Below, in pieces: positions 28,079 to 36,450 of a stretch of DNA of 39,655 bases (within the stretch, counting starts at the first letter, position 1; each line of letters opens with the position of its first letter). Origin of the DNA: Candidatus Thorarchaeota archaeon (GTDB lineage Archaea; Asgardarchaeota; Thorarchaeia; Thorarchaeales; Thorarchaeaceae); the NCBI GenBank assembly GCA_003345595.1, contig PRDI01000066.1:1-39655 (forward strand), given 5' to 3'. Below the pieces are notes generated by a model. The model saw only the letters and a program-made list of their open reading frames with translations, was not told the origin of the DNA and did no database searches. The translations under genes were made by a program, and so were the position numbers.

Positions 28079-28405
28079 TCAGAGCAACAAGAGGATGGCA
28101 CCGATGATGACTAGGATGCCAGCCAACTCACCATCGAATAGGGCTAGCAGAATCCCTAGAATCAAGTACACAATCCAGTTGCTAGCAACCTTCAGCTGCT
28201 TTATGTTTACTTTTCCGCTCGTGGCGAGGACGATCAAGGAGAGAACTATCAGGATTACACCAACAACTACACCACCCCACCCTCCGAATAGATGCAGGAA
28301 TCCGACGTTCATGTTAAAAATAGCCAGTATTCCCTGAATGATCCCCACAATTCCACCTAGCAGAATCAGAATGTCTGCAATATTCTTGAATCCACCCTTA
28401 GCCAT
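28079..28405 (-). CDS. Small 4-TM membrane protein
   Basis: Hydrophobic throughout; SD-like GAGGTG upstream. Confidence 0.72.
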   Translation of the reverse strand: MAKGGFKNIADILILLGGIVGIIQGILAIFNMNVGFLHLFGGWGGVVVGVILIVLSLIVLATSGKVNIKQLKVASNWIVYLILGILLALFDGELAGILVIIGAILLLL

Positions 28406-28422
28406 TTCATCTACACCTCATT

Positions 28423-28791
28423 TCACTTCTTGAAGATCAGCAACAGGCCCGCGAGAAGAATCATGAAGCCGGCCAGCATTCCGATGTTGGTCAGCCAACC
28501 CAGTATGTCGAAAGTCAGACCTCTTGCGATCAACACTATGGCGATGAAGCCAAGGAGTGCAAGCAGTGCTCCGCTTCGTCCAATCTTGAAGTGGGTATAG
28601 CCAGACGCGTCGAACGACAAGGCAACAACGATAATCAATGCAATTCCAAGAACTATGGTCAAGGCTCCTTCAAAGACGCTGCCAGATAGTTCGTCCAACC
28701 CCTGCCTAAGCATATTAATGGCAAACACCAACAACACGATGCCACCTAGGACAGTATAGCCCTGCGCGGCACCTTCTGCTCTGCATCCCAC
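28423..28791 (-). CDS. Small 4-TM membrane protein, probable paralog of 28079-28405
   Basis: Similar layout (LGGIV, A.SG...K, AG.xxxxAxLL); tandem, 17 bp gap. Confidence 0.65.
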   Translation of the reverse strand: MGCRAEGAAQGYTVLGGIVLLVFAINMLRQGLDELSGSVFEGALTIVLGIALIIVVALSFDASGYTHFKIGRSGALLALLGFIAIVLIARGLTFDILGWLTNIGMLAGFMILLAGLLLIFKK

Positions 28792-29035
28792 GGCGTGTCA
28801 TCTCCGATAGAGGACGGTTCATTGCGGTAGGCTTGACGTCCTCTCTCCGACTATCAGGGCGTTTGTGCTCTGTAATATGTCTATCGGAGAACAGGGCAAA
28901 TGGCATAATCGTGGCTTCACAAATGGCGCCCTAGCGCTCATTGTGGGGAAGAATCGGCCTCTATGGGTAATACACAGTGTTGTATTCGTGTGGAAACGAG
29001 TAGAGGTCAGATAATGTAGACTGAGGTGGCCGCCC

Positions 29036-29923
29036 GTGAGGTACGATTCCTACGAGGATGAGAGGCGTGCTGAGAGATCAGTAAGACTCGATAAGACAGA
29101 GGGTTACGTTGTCATAGAGGGAAAGGCTTACCCCGCAAGGGAGATAGTCGAGGCTCTAGCTCAGAGCGGGTATGCAGAAATCAGGGCTATTGGAGACTCG
29201 CTCATGCTCGGTCGCCGGCGAATCACGCCCATCTTCAAATCACGCCAAGAGAGAGCCATGGCCGCTCTCTGCCATGCAAGTCTGGCATACTGCTGTCCGC
29301 TTTCCAAGAGATGTGCAGACAGAGACCGTGCTCTCGAGATGCTTGGACTCACGTCAGCTGACTACGAACACCTGAAGGCTGATTCCCACTCAAGCTTTAT
29401 TGACGCATCAAGAGGGCTCGAAACTCGCCAAGACTACTCATCACAACAGTCAGTAACCGCGAGGACAGCCAATAGACCGGCGACAGACTGGGGCTACGGC
29501 TCCGACGACTACCGAGGAGACTTCGACCGCCTCGATAGCGTGCTACAAACAAAACAGGCGGAGGCCGCCAAGACTGCTGGATCGAGGGATTGGCTCGCCG
29601 GCCAAGAAACCGAGCGCGCTCACTCACAAGAAGACCAGTCTTCGGAAAGGCCGGGTTCGAAACCGTTCACAGACGCACGCAATGAGGATTCCCTTTTTGA
29701 AGAACGCAGATCTGCAGGCCCTGAAAGAGGCACAGGGAGTAGCTGCAGGACTTGTTCTAGTGATCCTGTCGAAGGACTTGGAAACCTCTTCACTCAAGGC
29801 GAACTCAGTCCATTCATGGACGACTCTCGCGAGGAAGAAACAAGAAGTGGTTTCTGCTTCTCTTGCGGCAGGACCCTGAGAGAAGGCATCAAGGTCTGCC
29901 CGTATTGTGGATCGTCGAAATGA
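29036..29923 (+). CDS. Cys-rich protein: methanogenesis-marker-9-like motif, disordered middle, C-terminal Zn ribbon
   Basis: CHASLAYCCPLSKRC..RD.ALE.LGLT..DY..LK; C-terminal CFSC...CPYC; SD GAGGTG upstream of the GTG start. Confidence 0.65.
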   Translation: MRYDSYEDERRAERSVRLDKTEGYVVIEGKAYPAREIVEALAQSGYAEIRAIGDSLMLGRRRITPIFKSRQERAMAALCHASLAYCCPLSKRCADRDRALEMLGLTSADYEHLKADSHSSFIDASRGLETRQDYSSQQSVTARTANRPATDWGYGSDDYRGDFDRLDSVLQTKQAEAAKTAGSRDWLAGQETERAHSQEDQSSERPGSKPFTDARNEDSLFEERRSAGPERGTGSSCRTCSSDPVEGLGNLFTQGELSPFMDDSREEETRSGFCFSCGRTLREGIKVCPYCGSSK

Positions 29924-29935
29924 GCCCGAGCCGGT

Positions 29936-30970
29936 TCAGTAGTTGCCTATAGCACTCTCGCGTCTTGTCGAGTAGTCTGCAGGATAGTGGAACGAAACGA
30001 CAAACCTGTCGATCCCGGCGTCCTTACCCAGGGCCTTTATTTCTTGGAACTGTTCCAGCGTTCTTACACCCCACCTGAACAGAGAGGCCCGACCGCCGCG
30101 GCGCTTGAACTCTGTTGTGAAGTACAATGACTCGACGAGGTCATTGTACTCTTTGGTGCCTCTTCGAGGGAGCGTCGGTGACCACGGAAAGAGATTGATG
30201 AGAACATTGCCCGTTATCTCTCCGATCTTGGCATAGTCATACCCATACTTCTTCGAGCCACCTTCAGAAAGGCCGCTCTCGGGATCAATCAGAACCTCCA
30301 CTGCTATTCTGAGTGGTTTCGACCTGTGAGTTGCCTCACTGACATCACGAGCGGCGTCCTGCAGGTACCGAAGACCCTGCATGACCTTGTCAGTACGCCA
30401 CACGTGCCACTTTGCGAGGTATTCCGGGTTATCAGCTATATAGTCGTACACAAGCCGCTTGGGCTCTTGGTCAACCATCGGGGCGAATTCCTTCCGGCAT
30501 CTGTCACAGAAACAGAACTCCTCGCGCACATATCCTGTGCCAAAGACCAAGATCTCATCGATGGGGTAGGCTCCGAGTTCCTTCACAATCTCCGCGCCGT
30601 ACTGCCAGAACTCCTCACGGTTTGGACAGATCTGATGAGTCAGTGCAGTGCCCTTCTGACTCACAGATTGGTACTTTGGGTCTCGTGCGAACCAGCCGTC
30701 TGTATAGAAGTCCATCCCGACAGACGAATCAATACTCAATGCGTTTGTGAGAGCCACCCACTGCTCGAAGAACTGTGTGTACTTGTCATCAACTGGAGCG
30801 GTGCGGCTGGGATAGATTGTTTTCCCACTGGGGTCCTTTCCGACGATTCCTACCTCCCTCATGTATGATGCGTACGTCGACAAGAAGTCCTTGGCCGTCA
30901 TCTCAACATCATCAGGTCGGAAAAGAATCGTCATCTTCTGCATGAAGAACTCACGAAAGTTCAGCTTCAT
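29936..30970 (-). CDS. Glycoside-hydrolase-like TIM-barrel protein
   Basis: ICPN..E......IV.EL..YPID.I, then CFCDRC..EF and W..WR...V, as in GH42/GHL-type barrels. Confidence 0.55.
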   Translation of the reverse strand: MKLNFREFFMQKMTILFRPDDVEMTAKDFLSTYASYMREVGIVGKDPSGKTIYPSRTAPVDDKYTQFFEQWVALTNALSIDSSVGMDFYTDGWFARDPKYQSVSQKGTALTHQICPNREEFWQYGAEIVKELGAYPIDEILVFGTGYVREEFCFCDRCRKEFAPMVDQEPKRLVYDYIADNPEYLAKWHVWRTDKVMQGLRYLQDAARDVSEATHRSKPLRIAVEVLIDPESGLSEGGSKKYGYDYAKIGEITGNVLINLFPWSPTLPRRGTKEYNDLVESLYFTTEFKRRGGRASLFRWGVRTLEQFQEIKALGKDAGIDRFVVSFHYPADYSTRRESAIGNY

Positions 30971-31258
30971 CTTAACGCGGCCCCATCATCTTTGGCAGGT
31001 TCACGGCTGTCTGTCCCCTAGCGCTAAACCTGTGGTGTGCTATAAGAGTTTCTTAGTTGGACCGGTCACACCAGCGAGCAGATACATCAGTTATGAAGTC
31101 AAGTGGAATTAGCTATGCTAGAAACAGGGCACGCAAGATAATCTGGACTGTAACTCACTCGTCGCGCGAAGGCCCGGCACCAGACAAGTGCTGCGGCTCC
31201 TGTTTCGCTCGGTGAGATTACGGGCATCCCAATCGGATTACATTGGTTGACTGCATTC

Positions 31259-34084
31259 CTAGAAGAACTGTTCCAGAGTAGTGAACCCAAGAAGCTCCTC
31301 GAACTCAAGACCGACAGAATCTAGGACCTGTTCGAAGACTGAGTGTAGGGTATCGATGTACTTGTCCTTGTCAAGCCAGTAGCTCTTGCCCTGAGCCAGG
31401 TCCACTGGCAGAACTCCCTCATCACCCTTTGTCTTAATGTAGGATATGATCGTGCCGGCAGGTACGTCATAGCCAGCAGCCTTCAGCATGAGTGCGGCCC
31501 GAACATGTTGCGGCTTTGTCTTGCCATACTGCCCAAGGTCCTTGGTTATTTGCACTCTGAATGCCACTTCTTCCGGTGTATACGGTTCACCCCTACCTTC
31601 TAGCCGGTCTATGACCTGATTGACAATATCACGTATCTCAACCTTGGCCGTTTCGAAGCCGTCGACGCTGTCCACCTTGCTCAAGACACCAAGCATGCGC
31701 TTGAACGCCGCCTGTGCGAAGTCCGGCGTGTTCCGCTTCTTACCACTGAGACCCTTGACCTCAACCCCACCAGTCTTATACACGCCGATGTAATTCTTCT
31801 TACGGGCAGACAGAGCTACATACTTGTACGTCTTGTCCACCTCAAGATCGATACCTAGTTCCTTTCGAGACCATTGTACGAGCTGCTCCTGCTGCTCACG
31901 ACTTGGATTGTCTAAGAACACCGAGTCGGTGTCACCATACAATACCCTAATCCCCATGGACTCGGCTCTTGCCTTCGTACTCAGGATGGCGTTTCGTCCG
32001 TAGGCAGTGACACTCTCTGCAGCTGGCATGCAGAACAGCTCGAAATGAGATGCCCCTGTGACACCATATGACGCATTAACGAAGACTTTCAAGGCCTTCT
32101 CGACAACAGAGGACCACTTCCGAGTCTTGTCGTCAAGGGACGCGTCCTTGCTTCTTCCCTTGAACCACTTCACACGAGTGTCTCTGAAGAAGCCCACTGT
32201 CTGACTAATCATTCCTCGGCGCTTCTTGCACGTCCAGTGACTAGTTTCGGGCACTCTGTTGTCAGTTGCATTTCGGCATTCGTCATGAGGACAGTCCACT
32301 GTTTCATAGCTGATGTTGTGGCGTTTCATTATCGTCGGATACAGGCTTGCGAAGTCGAGGACAGTCGCATTGAAGTGTACGCCTGCGACAGGCTCAATCA
32401 CGATTGCACCTTTGAACCGCTTGTCCTTGATGACGGCTTCTGTCTGGGCCTCAGACGACTTTGCCGTTTCAATGTCAACTTGTCGGGGTATCAGGCACTT
32501 CCTAGTCCTGTGTTCCTGTCTGAATAGCGACTGGATCCAGGAAGATATGCCTTGACGCGTGACATCCTCCATTGAGAGGCGGGAGATACGCATGAGGAGG
32601 ACGATCAGGCGAAGCAAGAGGTTGCTGTCGAACTGAGTGATTCTGAGTGTGATGCTCGAGTCGTTCCAGCAGTAATGAGCCAGCTCAAGATATGGGAGAC
32701 CAGAGATATCATTGCTAAGCCCAAGTTTCCCTACGCCGAGCAGTCCCTTAGCCACAGCGTCAAGGTTGTTCTGTTCATAAGCACCTGACAGTGCATAGAT
32801 ACGGATTGAGGGGTTCTTCAGGAATTTGTAGAGGTCAACATGGATCCCTCTCTTCAGAAGAGCCATATCTTTGCCAAGTGTGATCGGACAGTTCCTCTTC
32901 AGATCGATGCCCAGACGCTCCGCCCGGTGATAAAGGTAGTTCAGATCAAAGGCATCGCCAACGAACGTGAGTACTATAGGGTATGTGTCAATCAGTCTGA
33001 AAGCTTCCTGTATCATATCTACCTCCTTGTCGAAGTAGACTATCTCTAGGTTGGCCGGGAAGTCGTTCCCCTTCTTCCCTTCAGGATGGTTCTTTCGTTT
33101 CAAAACAAGGCACTTGTCGTGTCCTTCGTTGTCAGCCAGCCCTACAGCTATCACTTCATAGTTGGCAGTCGCCGGGTCAGGGACTCTGTTCTTGACAGGA
33201 GCAAAGACCTCTATGTCCACAGCAACACGACGAATGTCTGGAACATCGGTAAAGAAGACTGGAGCGTATCTAGACACCAGCTTCTCCACTCCTTCCTCAT
33301 CCTGCACGGTCTTCCTGAATTCCTCTATTATCTTGTCATCGGTCTTTGAAGAACTAAGAACCAAGTTGCCCCGCTCTATTTTGTACATGAGCCCTGGGAC
33401 TATGTCTCTGTCATATGTGTAACAGTTTCTATATCGAATGTTTGCCTCCCACGCATGACTCACTCCGTCCTGGACAAGCATCTCTCTGATGGACCCGGAA
33501 CTGCCCCCTATACTGAGAGGGTCACCAGCGAGTACCTTGGTCATGCTCTTTTGCTGGTCGTGCAGCAAATCGAGTAGCTGTACAGTTTCCGTACGCATGA
33601 AACCCGAATGCCTCCGGATACGATCTATCTTCTCGACCGCTTGTGCCGGCAGGTCGGTGTAGCAGTACGGATAATGTCCAGTGTTGTCGAGCCAGAAGTA
33701 GAGGTTCTTGCTCTTTGGTTCGTACAGCCGGGCTATTGCTTTTCTCTGCTGTCCGGCATAGTCTACAGACAGGAGGAATGACGACGGCAAATCCTGAGGA
33801 GTATCGCTGTCAGCGACACGCACCTCGGTTATGACTTCGGCTTCTTCTGCGACTTCCTCTGCTACCTCTTCTGCGTATTCCTCTTCTGCGGATGCTTGCT
33901 CCTCTTGTGCTGGTTCTGGCTTCGGAGGAGCCGGAGGCGGAGAAGCTCTGGGGTTGGCCTCTACTACACCGTAAACAGGCGCCGGCGGCTCATCATTCTG
34001 AGCATCCTCATCCCTATGCTTCGACCCAAAGAAGTCCTCGATTGAAGACTGGTCTTTGTTGGCCGCTTTCTTCTCTTTGGCCAA
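31259..34084 (-). CDS. polB: Family B DNA polymerase (B1-like)
   Basis: Exo motifs DIEV, FDL.YL and YC..D; polymerase motifs LDFASLYPT, KVFVNASYG, YGDTDS, KKNY.G; DNTGH.PYCY and WEANIRY as in PolB1. Confidence 0.95.
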   Translation of the reverse strand: MAKEKKAANKDQSSIEDFFGSKHRDEDAQNDEPPAPVYGVVEANPRASPPPAPPKPEPAQEEQASAEEEYAEEVAEEVAEEAEVITEVRVADSDTPQDLPSSFLLSVDYAGQQRKAIARLYEPKSKNLYFWLDNTGHYPYCYTDLPAQAVEKIDRIRRHSGFMRTETVQLLDLLHDQQKSMTKVLAGDPLSIGGSSGSIREMLVQDGVSHAWEANIRYRNCYTYDRDIVPGLMYKIERGNLVLSSSKTDDKIIEEFRKTVQDEEGVEKLVSRYAPVFFTDVPDIRRVAVDIEVFAPVKNRVPDPATANYEVIAVGLADNEGHDKCLVLKRKNHPEGKKGNDFPANLEIVYFDKEVDMIQEAFRLIDTYPIVLTFVGDAFDLNYLYHRAERLGIDLKRNCPITLGKDMALLKRGIHVDLYKFLKNPSIRIYALSGAYEQNNLDAVAKGLLGVGKLGLSNDISGLPYLELAHYCWNDSSITLRITQFDSNLLLRLIVLLMRISRLSMEDVTRQGISSWIQSLFRQEHRTRKCLIPRQVDIETAKSSEAQTEAVIKDKRFKGAIVIEPVAGVHFNATVLDFASLYPTIMKRHNISYETVDCPHDECRNATDNRVPETSHWTCKKRRGMISQTVGFFRDTRVKWFKGRSKDASLDDKTRKWSSVVEKALKVFVNASYGVTGASHFELFCMPAAESVTAYGRNAILSTKARAESMGIRVLYGDTDSVFLDNPSREQQEQLVQWSRKELGIDLEVDKTYKYVALSARKKNYIGVYKTGGVEVKGLSGKKRNTPDFAQAAFKRMLGVLSKVDSVDGFETAKVEIRDIVNQVIDRLEGRGEPYTPEEVAFRVQITKDLGQYGKTKPQHVRAALMLKAAGYDVPAGTIISYIKTKGDEGVLPVDLAQGKSYWLDKDKYIDTLHSVFEQVLDSVGLEFEELLGFTTLEQFF

Positions 34085-34178
34085 ATGCTCTCTCTCACCG
34101 CTGTACTTGATTGATTAGGCTTGATAAGCACTTCCCATCTCTTGCACAATCGTTTGCGCCGAGCCCTTCATTAGACAG

Positions 34179-34628
34179 ATGGCAACGCCACCACATATGG
34201 TACGCTCATTAGTTACCAAGCCAAAACGGGTTGTGGTCGCACGTGCTGAGTCTGGCGAAGACATCTTGGAAGCAATTGAGAAAGCTGCTGTAGACAATGG
34301 CATAAGGACAGGACAGTTCAGCGCCATTGGAGCCCTATCTAAAGCGACGCTCGGCTTCTTCAACCGTGAAACGGCTAGCTATCAGGAAACCACGATTGAC
34401 AACGACCTCGAGATTGTGTCATGCACCGGCTCCGTCAGCACTTTCGAAGGTGGTACGACAGTCCACGCACACATCGCTGTTGCCGACGCACATGGAGTGT
34501 GCTATGGCGGTCATGTTCGTAAGGGCTGCAAAGTGTCGGTCACATTCGAGATCATTTTCATAGAGATGGAAAGGGAAATCAGAAGGAAAAGAGACCGAGC
34601 AACGGGGCTCAATCTCATGGATATCTAA
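34179..34628 (+). CDS. PPC/DUF296 domain protein
   Basis: GEDILEAI, AIGAL, LEIVSCTG.V, HAHIAVAD..G..YGGHV..G..V..TFE. Confidence 0.9.
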   Translation: MATPPHMVRSLVTKPKRVVVARAESGEDILEAIEKAAVDNGIRTGQFSAIGALSKATLGFFNRETASYQETTIDNDLEIVSCTGSVSTFEGGTTVHAHIAVADAHGVCYGGHVRKGCKVSVTFEIIFIEMEREIRRKRDRATGLNLMDI

Positions 34629-34673
34629 CCAGAGGCCTAAGAGCCAGCTACTCTTGGACGCCTCCGGGGGCAC

Positions 34674-35105
34674 CTAAGCGGAGCTGCGAATCATCTTGGC
34701 GATTCGATCTAGCTGTGCGCGCTCAGCCATCTTCTCTCTATACCCTTCTGGAAAATGGAATCCAAACTCATCCCCCTTGTTTCGTGGTATTATGTGAAAG
34801 TGCAGATGCGGGATGTCCTGACCCGCCCCGGGTCCATTTGCGGCTGCAGTAAGAATCCCTTCAGGTTTGAGAGCACTCTGTACTTTGCGAGTCAGCTCTG
34901 CCAATCGTCTGGCTAGGTGCGCAATCACATCAGGATCGACGTCGAGTAGATTCACGAAGTGTCTTTTGGGGATAAGCAGACAGTGCCCCCTGCTCACGGG
35001 GTAGACGTCCATGAACGCGAAACACACCTCGTCCTGGAATATGACCGAGGCTGGAATCTCTCCTTTCACAATCTTGCAGAAGATGCAGTCCGCCGGACTA
35101 CTCAT
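34674..35105 (-). CDS. HIT family nucleotide hydrolase
   Basis: DCIFCKIVKGEIP, AFMD..P...GH.L.IPK.H, AGQ.IPHLHFHIIPR. Confidence 0.95.
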   Translation of the reverse strand: MSSPADCIFCKIVKGEIPASVIFQDEVCFAFMDVYPVSRGHCLLIPKRHFVNLLDVDPDVIAHLARRLAELTRKVQSALKPEGILTAAANGPGAGQDIPHLHFHIIPRNKGDEFGFHFPEGYREKMAERAQLDRIAKMIRSSA

Positions 35106-35229
35106 GGCTATGATTCAAGCCAAACGGCATGATAAACTGTTCGCACTGGGGATGAAGGACCAACATAAATTAGTTCATTAGCCACATTCTGCTGCCTTCT
35201 ATACATTTGGCAGCAGCAGGTGGTGTGCT

Positions 35230-36444
35230 TTGAGTAGCAGGAGAAAGAGAATCGTCTTTGACCAGACACAGAACGAGAGAGGACGTCTTGAAACTACCTA
35301 CTCTCAGCTTGGCCAGCTCCTCACAGACCACGACTTCAGTGTCGAACCGTACACTGATTACATGATTATGACCAAGGGTCTCGAGGGTGTGAGCGTTTTT
35401 GTACTGGCATGCCCCAACAGCTCTAAGCTGAGACCAGCCGAGGCCGATGCTCTAAGAAAGTTCGTGCAGGACGGCGGTGGTCTCATGCTCCTGTCACTAT
35501 CAGGTGGTGATAGAGGACTCATGAACAACATGAGTATGCTCTCAAAGAACTTCGGCGTGGAGTTTGATAACACGGCTGTCAAGGACGAGAGACACAATGC
35601 AGGGCTTCCCACGTTGCCCATCATTACGGGACTGGTGCCGCACCCCATCAGTGAGGACGTCAGTGACGTCGTTCTTCCATCGCCGTGCAGCTTGAGACTG
35701 TCCGGAAAGGCAGTCGCAGTTGCCATCACCTCACAGGCGGCAGACCCGGCCAGTCAGCCCGTCATAGCGGCAGTGCAGTATGAAAAGGGCAGGGTGGTCT
35801 GCGTGGGAAGCTATGAGGTGTTCCGGAAAGGTGGCGGCCTCAAGAATGAGGGCAACGTTAGGTTTGCTGCCAACTGTTTCAGATGGCTCAGTGGGGATGT
35901 ACAACTGACCAAGCCTAGCGAGGTCGTCGCCGCACAGGCAAAGGCCGAGGAATCTAGGAGCAGACCCGGTGAAACAGCTGAGTCAGTGACATCTTCGGAA
36001 ACAGAGAAGACTCTTCGCAGACTCATCAATACAGTCTTTGACCTCCAGAAGGATATTGGACGTGCGACTGAAGGTATTAGTAGGGTGGAGAAGAACATCG
36101 AAACTCTAAGATCCCAGTTTCAGGACTTCGCGGACAAGATTCAACAGCAGCTCGGTGTTATGGTGCCTACGGGACAGTTCAGGACAGAAGATGAGAACAG
36201 GGCCGCAGAAGTTGAGGCCGATGTGACTTCCCTAGAGAAAGAGCTTAGATCTGTGCAGCAGCTCCGTGATCATATTGAACAGAGACACTCGTCAGGTGCC
36301 ATGACGAAGGAAGCCTATCTTGAACAGACACAGAAGCTGGACGAGCGAGTCGTAAACCTGAACAAGAGACTCGCCGAAAAACGAGAGGAACTGAAACGGC
36401 TTAACGCCCAGCCAGAGAGCACTGTTGCTGGACAAGGACAGTGA
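35230..36444 (+). CDS. GIFT (IFT52/GldG-like, GATase-I fold) domain protein with coiled-coil C-terminus
   Basis: IVFDQTQNE, FVLACP..KL..AE..AL.KFV..GGGL.LL..SGG, GRVVCVGS, N..F..N.FRWL; two long heptad segments follow. Confidence 0.75.
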   Translation: MSSRRKRIVFDQTQNERGRLETTYSQLGQLLTDHDFSVEPYTDYMIMTKGLEGVSVFVLACPNSSKLRPAEADALRKFVQDGGGLMLLSLSGGDRGLMNNMSMLSKNFGVEFDNTAVKDERHNAGLPTLPIITGLVPHPISEDVSDVVLPSPCSLRLSGKAVAVAITSQAADPASQPVIAAVQYEKGRVVCVGSYEVFRKGGGLKNEGNVRFAANCFRWLSGDVQLTKPSEVVAAQAKAEESRSRPGETAESVTSSETEKTLRRLINTVFDLQKDIGRATEGISRVEKNIETLRSQFQDFADKIQQQLGVMVPTGQFRTEDENRAAEVEADVTSLEKELRSVQQLRDHIEQRHSSGAMTKEAYLEQTQKLDERVVNLNKRLAEKREELKRLNAQPESTVAGQGQ

Positions 36445-36450
36445 ATGCTG

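Noticed and set aside
33835-33900. Short repeated units (GAAGAG/GCAGAG-like) near the polB 5' end
   Set aside because: They encode the low-complexity EEVAEEVAEE linker; not a CRISPR array or DNA repeat element.
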